Below are positions 7,501 through 16,946 of a stretch of DNA of 64,000 nucleotides, one piece after another. How positions within the stretch are numbered: the stretch's first letter is position 1; the number at the start of each line of letters is the position of its first letter. The notes beneath the pieces were generated by a model, which was not told the origin of the DNA, made no database searches, and saw nothing but the letters and a program-made list of their open reading frames with translations. The stretch covers positions 1 through 64,000 of the forward strand of contig BTUM01000006.1 in assembly GCA_045863235.1 (NCBI GenBank), in the 5' to 3' direction. The stretch is from Candidatus Xenobia bacterium. GTDB lineage: Bacteria; Vulcanimicrobiota; Xenobia; Xenobiales; QWHO01. The translations under genes and the position numbers were made by a program.

Positions 7501-10500
7501 GGTTCGCACTCAGGGCGGAACCGAGATCGCCGACACCTACTGGGTCGCTCCGGCCGGCCTGAGCGAAAGTGGCCCGACGGGAGGACTGCTGCGCAGCACC
7601 CAGACCGATCAGGCGTCCGGAACCGTTCTGCGCACGATCACCCTGACCTCGCTGAGCGAGCCCGCCGCGGCCTTCACCGACCTGTGGTACGCTCCCGACG
7701 GCCAGGTGGTGGCCGCGATGGTGCGGCCCATCGGGTCGGGCAATCCTCTCGAGGTGGGCAATGACCTGCCCCGCGACTTCTCGATGGCACCCGACTCGGT
7801 GCGCGCCACCTTCGAGAACTACCAGAACGTCGTCCGGATGGGCGATGCCAACTGGGTCACCGGGGATGACCTGGTTCTCACCGAGGAGGGCGCGGTTCAT
7901 TACCGTTTGCCCGACACCCAGGAATGGATCTGCGCCGCCACGGGCCGCGACCCGGTGGTGGCCGCCGTTTCCCTGGCTGAGGCCGAGCTGGGACCGATCG
8001 ACCTGAGTCAGCCCACCTCGGCCCAGATCGAGCGGATCACCGGCCACATGCTGGGGGAGAACTGGCTCGATCTGGGACTTACGGCCGAGCAGCTCACCCG
8101 CCGCGACGAGCTGCTGGCCCTGCAAGAGTCCGGCAGTCTGCTCGAAGGCCAGCTCGACGAGCTGAACTCGCTTCTCATGATCTCGGGGGGCGAGCGCGAC
8201 CGGCGCTACGGACTTCTGATCGACGGCCTGCTGCGCAACTACCTCGAGAACGAGGTCGACCCCGCCGCGTTGGCCGAGCTCAACGAGCTGCAGGCCCTGC
8301 CGAGCCGGACGACCGACCAGCAAGCCCGCCTGGATGAGCTGCAGGCCCTCATGGCACCGGTTGACGAGTACCGCTCCATCGTGCTCGAGGGGCTCATCGG
8401 CCACACCCGCAGCAGCTTTGCGCCGGTTTATCACGACCTGATGTACGACTGGGCGGGCGATCCGGCTGCCCAGATGACGGTCTTGCTCAGCCGTTGCTCG
8501 ATGGTGGAGCGGGCCTTCATGATTCCACCCGACGCCCTGAACCTTTCCGACATGGCACTCCAGCAGCAGTATGCCCTGGACCTTTCCAACGGGGTCGAGC
8601 TGAATGCCTTGCAGATGCAGTATCTGAGCTTTCCCACCAACTCCGATGGATTGCTCGGGGAGTTCCGCCGCGAGCAGCTGTATCGCCAGGGGATGCTGGC
8701 CGAGCTGGAGGGGAATCCCCAGCTGGCGGATCAGGTTGCAGCCGAGCTGGGGGTGAGCCCGGAGCAGGTGCGCGCGCTCTTGTCGGCCCCCGATCCTTCC
8801 GCTCTGGGCCTGGAGGATTTCCTGCTCTACGTCAGCCTCACCGACCCGATTTTGCCCGAGAATCCCGCCGCCTTCACCCCCACCCAGCGGCTGGCGGTAC
8901 GGGCGGCGACCGCGGTCAGCTATTACGAGTCTCAGGGCTTTCTGCACTTTGACATCGCTCTGGCGGACGCCCGCAATCGTTACCAGTCAGCCCGGGGACA
9001 GTACTTGCTCGACCGCAATCAGGTGAACCGGGCGGCCAGTGAGCGCGATCGCGGCGTTCCCGTGGCGGAGTGGATCTACAATCGGGGCGCCGACGTGTTC
9101 AACTGGACCGGCGAGGAGGACATCACCACCACCGGCGGGGGGGAGCTGAGCAGCTTCTTCGGGGCTTACTACAGCGAGATTCTCTCGCTCGAGCAGAGCG
9201 TCGCCCGGCTGGAGGAGTTCCGAAGCCAGCTCGTTCCTGGTATGAGCTGGACGGACCGCAAGAACCTGATGCTGCGCGCCGGGGCCACCCAGGACGCAGC
9301 CGGCTTCGCCCTCTTTCGTAGCTCCCTGGCCGCGGCCAATCCAACTCTGGAGCGCATCGGCGCGGCTCGCGGGGCGGCCGTGCAGGAGGCGCACGAGAAC
9401 CTGGGCGAGTATGTGCGGGGCGTGGAGATCGCCTCTTACACCCTGGAGGGCATCTTTGCCACGGTCGGGATGGGGCTGGCGGTCTGGACCGGCGGAGGCT
9501 CGGCAGCGCTGGCGCTGGGCCTGCTCGGCGGCGGGGTGGGCGGGGGCGCCTATCACGTGATGGAGAATCTTGCTTCCGGCAATCCCAACTTGCTCGAGAA
9601 CGTTCCCGGAGGCTTGCTGCGCGGCTCGGTGAACGGATTCTTCGCTATCGGCGGCTCCTTGCTGGCCAACTCGATCCGTCTGGGTGGGGGAGGTCTGGTC
9701 AGCCAGATGTCGGCCCGTTTCGGGTTTGGAACCTTTGCGCCCAACTTCGGGATGACCGCGGTGGAGACAGGCGACTTCCAGATGGCCCTGATCGCGGGGA
9801 TCTTCTCCACGGCCGTGGATATTGGTGGGGAAGGGGCCACCTCTCTCTTCCGCTCGCTGTTCCGAGGGGTCGACGTCCGGCCTCCTACCCCCGACGAGGC
9901 GATAAGTCGCCTGCGTCAGTACTACGGACTCAGCGAGGCCGACATGCGGTTCGTGCTCGGCGATCGCAATCTCGACCTCGAGTCTCGCCTGGCCGGGCTC
10001 ACCGGGGGAGGGGGCGGATACTCTGATCCGATCAACTTCAACTCCCCTCGTCACCGGCTGGGCGACTTCGAGCTGGCCGACGGGAGCACGGTGCAGCTGC
10101 CGGCGCGCGACATCCGGGTGCTCCAGTCCCGAGGTTGGACCGACATCGAGGTCGTGCCTGGCTCGGCCCAGAATGCGCCCATCTACCGAACCGGCGATGG
10201 GCAGGGGGGATTCATCTACTTTACGATGGTGGACAACCAGCCACGCCGCATGCCTTCGTTCGAGCAGGTCACCAGCCAGACGTTCCCGGCCAACCGGCTG
10301 ACCGACCCGGCCCGGGCCGCCGAAGCCAACCGCTTTCTGCAGATGCACCTGACCCACGGGCAGATGATCGCGGCCGGCAATTACGAGGGGGCGATGATCT
10401 ACTTCCGACAGGTGATCGAGCCGGCCCTCGATGGTGCCAACGTCAGCGTCACCCGGACCAATAACTTCTTCAATCGACAGGCAGCACGCAGCTTCTACGA

Positions 10501-11089
10501 TTCGGGAGAGCGCGTGGTCTCCTACGACGGACGGCTGATCCCGTCCCAGGACCACTACCCTTCCGAGGCCTTCGTGATGCACGAGGAGTTCGGCCATTTC
10601 ATCCAGGCGGAGTACGCCGGCGGTCCGCTGAGTTTCGACGTTCCCTATCAATCGGACGTGTTCGCGGCTCCCACCCTGGCCGAGCTCTCCAACCCTGATT
10701 TCGTGGTCCGGATTCCCGCTGCCGGCGCGCCCAACGGAGAGCTGGTGGTGCCTGCCCAGAACTTCCTTTATGAGGCTCACCTGCGGGCCGATGCTCTGCA
10801 GATCCCTGCCAGCCAGCGCACCACCGTGCAGATGGGCGGGGTGTCCTACTCCGTCCCCAACGACTGGTTCAACGCGTCCCAGAACCTGGCCAACCTCGCC
10901 ACCTCCTCCGATCGGGGAGCTCTGTTCACGGCCAACAGTCATACCTTGCAGGTCTACAACCAGGCCATCCGGTCGGCTGCTTTCGAAGTCGACGTGGAGG
11001 GCATGATGTGGCGCTCGGGAGTTGATCCACTGGGGATGAATTCCGAGTGGCGCGCCTACCACATCGAGCGAAGCTACAACCCCTGGTAG
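4502..11089 (+). CDS. Giant (~2195 aa) multidomain protein, toxin/effector-like
   Basis: Continuous ORF; GGAGGAGG RBS before ATG 4502. Pro/Ala linker, long coiled coil, NCLE..HHAVV..FDG segment, Gly-rich hydrophobic helices and a C-terminal HEEFGHFIQ motif. Confidence 0.8.
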   Translation: MAMNPIQPGSGPLTPTRPLESDPAPASPGGSGHLATQMAVNDQARSLLFNWVAELAGPMPSEPEFLALLEAAGLQPQASSFSAALALITRKRGYGLPPFDELPAELRSRLPRGEYERLRQALPKLGLASNAQSLLLTGFLLWMGYAPDAILSLLSVAQSHSMLPPRPEAPGGSTPAADGGAAPASALPPPAADGGAPASPAPPAAAPPPVPPSSPGNLASQHQALLEQKRAAEASVSAAEQELATLRTELANRMTAMQSELGDDPNARRASEEAQRTYLEAREQSTQSKAAQAEKQAQKTELAGEIPVQEQARQQATDARDQAQQTIESASDEIAGLEGELASVQEDPENPGAAASERDRLRSLLNGARQRKRDAERRKAEAEARLAAANERLTALHDQIARLETELAELATSIQEADERARLALEQMDAARGVPPGTTAAQIADLETRLAAAEERLLQARAELGRIDAEIAGIEARLAAEESARQAREAAARDTAPEVGDGGAASSLDSVLGGVDEQDRADGLNCLEASLVYAEENEQDVLLLEDPDLDPDQAEGETLTHHAVVVNSQGMVTFDGSRPLIPPVPVETYVNTSGYQRFSSQQGVEVGPVPPSFLTDAELRARALAPGGALDGVPAGAVFRDPPVQVPERFPTEQALPDDNVPPVEPPVYRVDLSDPNLPPYLADQIQAANSMAGALGLGSGVSLDPSGQYAYVNAEGILVQVTPQGVVPYGSGPSVLQIFDGVRMDNPVAVQQALDRAAELTGQGARVLPGVDQPLTAEQVAELQSLGYTVAVVDTAAWSASACRPLDDPGLVTSTGQRGGSASVYLLIGGPELDEPAAIETGTAAVLFSQEASQSQVQQFVDFVNHRQYQDPVLNVRMQRVLTDIEQYGSLEEAWAAVMEIEARAAGTVRVGPEVDCPVPSQTVTPQWTPPASFDERTNDLDFEGLRIDAGGGRVELGEGFEAVGGSGGLVYDENGQPGYAYENVNTGQVVYVFGARQVVRTQGGTEIADTYWVAPAGLSESGPTGGLLRSTQTDQASGTVLRTITLTSLSEPAAAFTDLWYAPDGQVVAAMVRPIGSGNPLEVGNDLPRDFSMAPDSVRATFENYQNVVRMGDANWVTGDDLVLTEEGAVHYRLPDTQEWICAATGRDPVVAAVSLAEAELGPIDLSQPTSAQIERITGHMLGENWLDLGLTAEQLTRRDELLALQESGSLLEGQLDELNSLLMISGGERDRRYGLLIDGLLRNYLENEVDPAALAELNELQALPSRTTDQQARLDELQALMAPVDEYRSIVLEGLIGHTRSSFAPVYHDLMYDWAGDPAAQMTVLLSRCSMVERAFMIPPDALNLSDMALQQQYALDLSNGVELNALQMQYLSFPTNSDGLLGEFRREQLYRQGMLAELEGNPQLADQVAAELGVSPEQVRALLSAPDPSALGLEDFLLYVSLTDPILPENPAAFTPTQRLAVRAATAVSYYESQGFLHFDIALADARNRYQSARGQYLLDRNQVNRAASERDRGVPVAEWIYNRGADVFNWTGEEDITTTGGGELSSFFGAYYSEILSLEQSVARLEEFRSQLVPGMSWTDRKNLMLRAGATQDAAGFALFRSSLAAANPTLERIGAARGAAVQEAHENLGEYVRGVEIASYTLEGIFATVGMGLAVWTGGGSAALALGLLGGGVGGGAYHVMENLASGNPNLLENVPGGLLRGSVNGFFAIGGSLLANSIRLGGGGLVSQMSARFGFGTFAPNFGMTAVETGDFQMALIAGIFSTAVDIGGEGATSLFRSLFRGVDVRPPTPDEAISRLRQYYGLSEADMRFVLGDRNLDLESRLAGLTGGGGGYSDPINFNSPRHRLGDFELADGSTVQLPARDIRVLQSRGWTDIEVVPGSAQNAPIYRTGDGQGGFIYFTMVDNQPRRMPSFEQVTSQTFPANRLTDPARAAEANRFLQMHLTHGQMIAAGNYEGAMIYFRQVIEPALDGANVSVTRTNNFFNRQAARSFYDSGERVVSYDGRLIPSQDHYPSEAFVMHEEFGHFIQAEYAGGPLSFDVPYQSDVFAAPTLAELSNPDFVVRIPAAGAPNGELVVPAQNFLYEAHLRADALQIPASQRTTVQMGGVSYSVPNDWFNASQNLANLATSSDRGALFTANSHTLQVYNQAIRSAAFEVDVEGMMWRSGVDPLGMNSEWRAYHIERSYNPW

Positions 11090-11122
11090 GGGATCGCCGC
11101 AGCAAGCCCCGAAGCCCGGTCG

Positions 11123-12145
11123 ATGGAAACCTCCGGCCTCCCCCCCGAAGTGCGCGTCTTGCAGATGATCTCCAGCTACTGGGCCAGTCAGGCCCTGGCC
11201 ACGGCGGTGCGGCTGGGGGTGTTCGACGCCCTGCCGGCCAGCGTGCCCGAGCTGGCCCTCAAGCTGGACTTGAAAGAGCCCATGCTGCGAAGGCTGATGC
11301 GCGCCTGCGCGGCGGTGGGGGTGCTGACCTATCGCTCCCGAGACCAGTATGAGCTGAATGAGCTGGGCCAGGTGTTGTGCTCCAGGACCCCCCACTCGCT
11401 GGGACCCATGGCGGTCATGCTCAGCGATCCCAGCCACTGGAACTGCTGGGGACACCTGCATCACAGCATCCGCACCGGCCAGACGGGAGTGCGTCCGGGC
11501 CTGGGCACCGAGCGCATCTTCGACTACCTGCAAGAGCACCCCGATCAGGGCCAGAACTTCAACCGGGCCATGGCGGCCATGACCGAGCTGTGGGCCGAGC
11601 AGCTCGGTGCCAGCTACGATTTCTCCCCCTTCCGCACCATCGTGGACGTGGGCGGCAGCCATGGGGTCATGCTGGCGGCCGCCCTCAAGGCGGGTCACCC
11701 CGAGGCCCGCGGCATCCTGTTCGACCTCCAGCACGTGGTGGCCGAGGCCGATGAGGACCTGCGCCGTCACGGCATCTTCGAGCGCACCGAGAAGGTGGGA
11801 GGGAGCTTTTTCGACTTCGCTCCAGCGGGAGACTGCTACCTGATCAAGCACGTGATGCACGGCTGGCCCGACGACCGGTGCGTCCAGGTGCTGAGCCACA
11901 TTCGCCGGGCCATGCTGCCCCAGGCGCGGGTCCTGGTGCTGGAGATGCTGCTCGACGAAGAGCCGGGCATCGGCGATCTGCTCGACCTGAACATGATGGT
12001 CCTCAACGGGGGCGCCGAGCGTACCGCCGAGCACATTGGCCAGCTTTACGCCGCGGCCGGGCTGCGCCTGCAGCGCACCATCCCCTCGGTGGGCTTCTAT
12101 TTCATCCTGGAGGGCGTGGCCGCCACGGAAGTGGCTGCCCCGTAA
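11123..12145 (+). CDS. SAM-dependent O-methyltransferase (Methyltransf_2 type with dimerisation domain)
   Basis: N-terminal AL.TAVRLGVFD, IVDVGGSHG motif I, ILFDL, GSFF, KHVMHGWPDD, LDLNMMVLNGGAERT. Confidence 0.92.
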   Translation: METSGLPPEVRVLQMISSYWASQALATAVRLGVFDALPASVPELALKLDLKEPMLRRLMRACAAVGVLTYRSRDQYELNELGQVLCSRTPHSLGPMAVMLSDPSHWNCWGHLHHSIRTGQTGVRPGLGTERIFDYLQEHPDQGQNFNRAMAAMTELWAEQLGASYDFSPFRTIVDVGGSHGVMLAAALKAGHPEARGILFDLQHVVAEADEDLRRHGIFERTEKVGGSFFDFAPAGDCYLIKHVMHGWPDDRCVQVLSHIRRAMLPQARVLVLEMLLDEEPGIGDLLDLNMMVLNGGAERTAEHIGQLYAAAGLRLQRTIPSVGFYFILEGVAATEVAAP

Positions 12146-12216
12146 GCCACAGCCCGGCCTGGGCCGGGCCAGCATGAGCGAGCCGAAGCCGGCCGCGCCG
12201 CGCGCAAAGCCCCGAA

Positions 12217-12259
12217 AGAAGACCGCCCCTGGCTGCAAGCAGCCCAGGGGCGGTTTTCT
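12217..12259. terminator. Stem-loop / probable terminator between convergent genes
   Basis: AGAAGACCGCCCCTGG...CCAGGGGCGGTTTTCT inverted repeat. Confidence 0.6.
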
Positions 12260-12269
12260 CGTTCGATCT

Positions 12270-12302
12270 TCGTGGTGTCGGGGGAAACCTCCGACACCAC
12301 GA
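12270..12302. terminator. Second strong stem-loop just after the GH81 stop
   Basis: TCGTGGTGTCGGGGG-AAA-CCTCCGACACCACGA. Confidence 0.5.
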
Positions 12303-12309
12303 TGGACCT

Positions 12310-15300
12310 CTACGGCTTGGTGGTCGAGCCGAGGGAGCGGGCCGGGACATCAAAGGAGGTCCCGTCGCTAAAGGTAACCTTCAGCACGCTGGAGCCGGAG
12401 TTGTAGGCCAGGTAGGTCTTCGAAGCGCCCTTCTTGAGCACCTGGAAGAACGGGGTGTTGGTCGCGCGTACCGTGAAGTCGGGGGTGCCGTGCTTCTGGA
12501 GGTACTTGATGAAGTGGAAGGTATAGACGCCGGAGTCCCCGATGTCGGTCCACTTGTCGTTGGGCCGAATGCCGCCAACCTCGTCATAGTTCGCCGGCAC
12601 ATCGTAGAACTTGGTGATGGCGTTGTCCGGGTCGGAGAGCGCATAGTACTTGGCCAGATGAGCGTAGAACAGGCAAACGCCGATCCACTGGTTCTTGACC
12701 GAGAACTTCTCGTTCCCTTTGGGCTTCTGAGGGTCGATGTTGAGCGCCGTCACGAAGTCCTGGTACTGGTCGCCGACCGTCTTGGTGTAACCCGGCAGCA
12801 TGGCCTGGTAGAACGATGCGGTGGTGATCGGGATCATCAGGATCCCGCGGCACTGGATGGGGTGAGAGCCGAAGAAGGTATCCCAGCGCGAGAAGCCGTC
12901 AAACAGGCGTACCATTCCGGTGCCGGGCCAGTTCAGCGCCAGATCGGACTTCAGTTTCGCAATGAACGCCGGCCACTTATTGCCCGCATCCAGCCAGTAG
13001 TAGTTGGACGTGTAGGCAGCCATCGTATAGTATTTGATGCCGTGCTGCACCAGAAGAGGCTGATCGGTCGCGGCGCCCCACAAGATGACACCGGCCCAGA
13101 AATTCATCTCCTCCGAGATGGACTCCTCATTGTTGCCGATGAAAACGTCCCAGTTGAAGCCTGCCGCATACGAGTGGTTCTCGTAAGGATCCCAGTTTCG
13201 CATGCGGGGGAACTCGAGAATCGGGTTGGGATTGACGTCGCTCTCGTGGGCGCAGTCGAAGATCATCTGGTTGATGGCGTCCTTCCAATCCTGGCCCCAG
13301 TCCTTGTCGCGCAGCGCGATCTGGGCGGCGGCATAGATAAAGTAGCCGAAGTGGAAGTGGTGGTCGTTGAGCCGCGTGATGGTGCCAAAACCGTCCCAGG
13401 GCATCTCGTTGGGAATGTTGGGGAAGAGGACGCTGGGGCCTCCGACCAGGCTGGGGTACTGGTTCAGGCTCTTCACGCGGGTGTCATAGTAGAGGTAGTA
13501 GGGCGCCTGGCCGATATTCTCTTGATTGCTGATGTCGGGAGTGGCGCGGTAGAAGATCTCGATGGCAGCCTTGCTATTGTCGCGAATGAGCTTGGCAAGA
13601 GCCTTACTGGCGTCGTCCTTGCCAACATCCTCGATGACGTTGGCCGCACTCACGTTGCGACCCAGGAACTTGGCCAGGTTGTATGAGTCCTGACCGACTC
13701 CCTTCTTCGAGCTGTTCATGAAGATGTTGGTGTAGGGCGGGCTATCGGCGCCATGACGGCGTTTGAACGTATCCACCCAGGTGTCGAAAGTCGTCTTGTC
13801 AGCGGCGTCGAGCTCGCCCGGGAGGTAGGGCAGAATTCCGGGATAGCGGAACCGGCAGGTGACCGTGTTGGCATCGAAGACTTTCAGATCCCCACGCGTG
13901 GTGGGATAGGTCATCGCCTTTCCGGCCGAGCTGGAGAACACCGGTGGGCTCCCCTGCAACACGGGCACACCCGGCTCGACGACGCTGGGGTCATAGTGGT
14001 GAGGAAGCAGGCCGAGCAGCGTCTTCTTCGGGACCGTGGCCAGGATGGTGCTGAGGGTGACATTGTAGGTCTCGTCCACCGTCTGGTTGACCGGGTCATA
14101 AGTCGAGGTCACCCGGCTGTCGGTCGGGAAGTTGAAAGCAGCCTCGGACAGCTTTACAATCGTTTTGTCATCGATGAAGCTCGAGTCTGGCAAGGTCACG
14201 ACTGCAAAGAACCGCGCCTTGTCCAGCACTGGCATGGTGAGTATGTTGTCGGCTCCGGTCGAGGGGGTGAAGGTCCCCACGGTGGCAGGCACCAGGAACA
14301 GGAAGGTGAGCTTGCGGCCACCCACGTCGAAGCTGCCGGTGGTCTCGATCCAGTTGATGACGGTCTTGTTGGTGCCGATGGTCACCTGACCGCTCTTGGT
14401 CTCCACGGTGTTGGAAGCGCGCAGAATGAAGTTGATCTTGCCGATTCCGAAGGTGCGGAAGTAAGCGATGGGACTCCCTCGCAACAAGGTCACCGAGAGG
14501 GAGGCGTCGCTCTTGAAGCCCTTCTTCTGGTAGTCCGGATCTTCGGCCGCCTTCATCACGAACTCGGCGTGCAGGTCGCTGATGGCCTTGACGCGCATCC
14601 GAGCAGGAAAGAAGCCCGGATCGACCTTGATGGCATTGAGGCCGACATCCATCTGAGCGTTGATCTCGGCCGCCTTCTTGCCAGACCGGGGCAGGGGGTT
14701 GTCATCAGTGCCGTCGCCGTCGGGACCGGCCCATTCGTACCCGGCACCGGCTCGCGGGTCCTCGGGCGAGAGCAGCAGCCCCGCCGACCGGTCTCCGGGA
14801 TCGATCTTGGCCGGGTTGAAGGGAAGCACCGGGACTCGGAACCAGATCACCCAGGGCTTGGCGTAGGCGGGTTTCTGGTCCACGTAGCGATTGGGGTCGT
14901 AGACCGGCTTCTCGCCTTTGCCGGCCGAGTTGCCCAGGTGCATCCTGGTGCTGTTGTCGCCTCCCAGCATGGGGATCACCCAGGTGTTGGTCTGAAACGG
15001 AGGCTTCATTTCGGCGGTGGCGCTGAACGTCTCATAACCGGTCATCACGGCATTCGCACCGGGCGTCCCGATGGTGCTCGGAGAGGTCTGAATGAAACCG
15101 TTCTTGCCCACGTGGATGGGGGGGCCGGCCTCGACGCGGGCCTGGCCGGTCAGCGCTTCAGCCCCGTCCGTGCCGCGGTCTTCGTGGAGCATGATGTCGA
15201 CGATGCTGCTGACTTCACCGCCCTGAACGTGCACCGGGTGCACGTCGACGAGCCGCGGGTTGCTCGGATCCTCGATAATGAACTGAGTGGTGCCGACCGG

Positions 15301-15663
15301 CACGCCCTCCACGTTGGCGACAGGCCCCGGCTGGATGGTGACCGGGCCAAAGGTGACCTGGTGATCGTCGTTGACGCCGAGAATGACGAGCGGTCGGTTG
15401 AGCTCGTCCGGGATGACGCCCGTCTCAGGGTTGGCCAGGTGAACCTCCACCGTGCCCTTGGCGAAATCAACCGGGGCGGCCCCGCCTGGCGCATCGCCGC
15501 CGGCCACTCCCCCCGAGCTCCCAGAGCATCCGCAACTCCAGAGAATTGCGCCACACAAGAAAGCGAGGCCAAACTTCTTCAGGGCGAAGCGATGCTGACT
15601 GGTTCGTAATGGCGGAGCGACGGGGTCGAACACCACGCCGCTCCTGGAAATCTTACCTGACAT
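12310..15663 (-). CDS. Glycoside hydrolase family 81 endo-beta-1,3-glucanase, probable lipoprotein
   Basis: GH81 motifs LNDHHFHFGYFIYAAA, RNWDPYENHSYAAG, GNNEESISE; N-terminal hydrophobic segment ending LWSCGCSGS. Confidence 0.88.
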   Translation of the reverse strand: MSGKISRSGVVFDPVAPPLRTSQHRFALKKFGLAFLCGAILWSCGCSGSSGGVAGGDAPGGAAPVDFAKGTVEVHLANPETGVIPDELNRPLVILGVNDDHQVTFGPVTIQPGPVANVEGVPVGTTQFIIEDPSNPRLVDVHPVHVQGGEVSSIVDIMLHEDRGTDGAEALTGQARVEAGPPIHVGKNGFIQTSPSTIGTPGANAVMTGYETFSATAEMKPPFQTNTWVIPMLGGDNSTRMHLGNSAGKGEKPVYDPNRYVDQKPAYAKPWVIWFRVPVLPFNPAKIDPGDRSAGLLLSPEDPRAGAGYEWAGPDGDGTDDNPLPRSGKKAAEINAQMDVGLNAIKVDPGFFPARMRVKAISDLHAEFVMKAAEDPDYQKKGFKSDASLSVTLLRGSPIAYFRTFGIGKINFILRASNTVETKSGQVTIGTNKTVINWIETTGSFDVGGRKLTFLFLVPATVGTFTPSTGADNILTMPVLDKARFFAVVTLPDSSFIDDKTIVKLSEAAFNFPTDSRVTSTYDPVNQTVDETYNVTLSTILATVPKKTLLGLLPHHYDPSVVEPGVPVLQGSPPVFSSSAGKAMTYPTTRGDLKVFDANTVTCRFRYPGILPYLPGELDAADKTTFDTWVDTFKRRHGADSPPYTNIFMNSSKKGVGQDSYNLAKFLGRNVSAANVIEDVGKDDASKALAKLIRDNSKAAIEIFYRATPDISNQENIGQAPYYLYYDTRVKSLNQYPSLVGGPSVLFPNIPNEMPWDGFGTITRLNDHHFHFGYFIYAAAQIALRDKDWGQDWKDAINQMIFDCAHESDVNPNPILEFPRMRNWDPYENHSYAAGFNWDVFIGNNEESISEEMNFWAGVILWGAATDQPLLVQHGIKYYTMAAYTSNYYWLDAGNKWPAFIAKLKSDLALNWPGTGMVRLFDGFSRWDTFFGSHPIQCRGILMIPITTASFYQAMLPGYTKTVGDQYQDFVTALNIDPQKPKGNEKFSVKNQWIGVCLFYAHLAKYYALSDPDNAITKFYDVPANYDEVGGIRPNDKWTDIGDSGVYTFHFIKYLQKHGTPDFTVRATNTPFFQVLKKGASKTYLAYNSGSSVLKVTFSDGTSFDVPARSLGSTTKP

Positions 15664-15878
15664 TGAGTACCTCCCTCTTTAGCCTTCTCCGACCCGGAGA
15701 CTGGCGCAAGACTCAAGAAAGTTCACTTTCCCGAAAACGCGGCGTCCTTCGAAAGCTTGTTTCGGATCCCTCTCTTGAAGAGGCTTCAGTGCTGCCTTTT
15801 CCGGTTCTATCTCCATCGAGTCCGTTGATTGACCGTCATCGAGCGTCTGGATCCAGGAAGGGTCCTTTCGCTGGTTTG

Positions 15879-16946
15879 TCAATTCTCCAATCGGACGCGG
15901 CCGACTGGTGACTGACGGTTGCTCCACCTCTTCAGGCGCAGGAAGGGCCTCTCCACCAGCCGCCAGGAGAGCCATCCGAGCGCGGTGGTGACCACGAAGA
16001 CCAGGGCCAGCCAGTACCAGCGACCGGTCAGCCCCAGGACGATGAGCGTATTGACGACCAGCATGTGGTAGATGTAGACCCCGTAAGAAATGTCGTTTCT
16101 GCCCAGGAGCTTCTCGGCGTCCAGGCGAGGCCAGTAGGCCACCGCCAGAATGACCGCAGGCAGGAGCAGGCGCGTGCTGATCAGCATCAGCAGATGGTTT
16201 TCGCCAACTGCCAGCCGGGTCAGCTGAGTGAGCACCAGGTAGGCGGCCAGCCAGCTCAGGGGGCGTCCCACCCGAGGCAGCCAGAGCGGGGCGAGGTGGC
16301 GAGCGGCCAGCCCGGCCAGGAACATGTGGATGTGAGGCAGGAAGGTGCAGCGCAGCAGCTCTGAAACCCCCACCGGATGCAGCATGACATGAAGCTGGAG
16401 ACCCAGAGAAACCAGGTAGAGCGCCATCAATAGCCAGCGAGGTCGCCTGACCAGCAGCGGGAGCAGGAGGTAGAACTGGAGCTCGACAGGGATGGTCCAG
16501 AGCGAGCCATTGACGGTTCCTACTCCGAAGGCGCGCAGGAACGGGGGATTGTAGAACTGGAGGAAGGTGAGCTGGGCCAGCGACCAGAGCGCCAGTCCCT
16601 CGAGCGAGAACTGGGGTTGCCCGGCCGCCCCCATCCAGAAAACCAGGGCCAGGGTCACGCCGAAGGCGGCATAGAGGGCGGGAAAGACCCGCAAAGCCCG
16701 ATTGACGAAGTAGACTCGCAAGCTCGGATTGCGCTGGTAGGATTCGGTCAGCAGGTAGCCGCTGATGAAGAAGAAGATGGGGACCCCCGGAAAGTAGCTG
16801 AGCAGCTGCCGGGTGAAGGCGAAAAAAGGCATGCTCAGCAGGCCCAGATGCTCGGTGGCGTGAGATTGGACCACCTGGAAGGCTGCCAGCAAGCGGATCA
16901 GGTCAAAGTTGTTGCGGGCCGGCACCGACGGGAGCGCGGGGCTCAC
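15879..16946 (-). CDS. Acyltransferase family 3 (OafA-like) O-acyltransferase
   Basis: NNFDLIRLLAA..V..SH, GVPIFFFISGYL, RALRVFP, NGSLWTIPVELQFY, DISYGVYIYH, SWRLVERP. Confidence 0.92.
   Translation of the reverse strand: MSPALPSVPARNNFDLIRLLAAFQVVQSHATEHLGLLSMPFFAFTRQLLSYFPGVPIFFFISGYLLTESYQRNPSLRVYFVNRALRVFPALYAAFGVTLALVFWMGAAGQPQFSLEGLALWSLAQLTFLQFYNPPFLRAFGVGTVNGSLWTIPVELQFYLLLPLLVRRPRWLLMALYLVSLGLQLHVMLHPVGVSELLRCTFLPHIHMFLAGLAARHLAPLWLPRVGRPLSWLAAYLVLTQLTRLAVGENHLLMLISTRLLLPAVILAVAYWPRLDAEKLLGRNDISYGVYIYHMLVVNTLIVLGLTGRWYWLALVFVVTTALGWLSWRLVERPFLRLKRWSNRQSPVGRVRLEN

Noticed and set aside
5486..12238. Long minus-strand ORFs 5486..8947 and 8987..12238
   Set aside because: Antisense shadows of high-GC3 genes (giant protein, methyltransferase) with no independent motifs.
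15679..15975. 98-aa minus-strand ORF upstream of GH81
   Set aside because: It overlaps the acyltransferase end and has no motif; more likely the promoter region of GH81.
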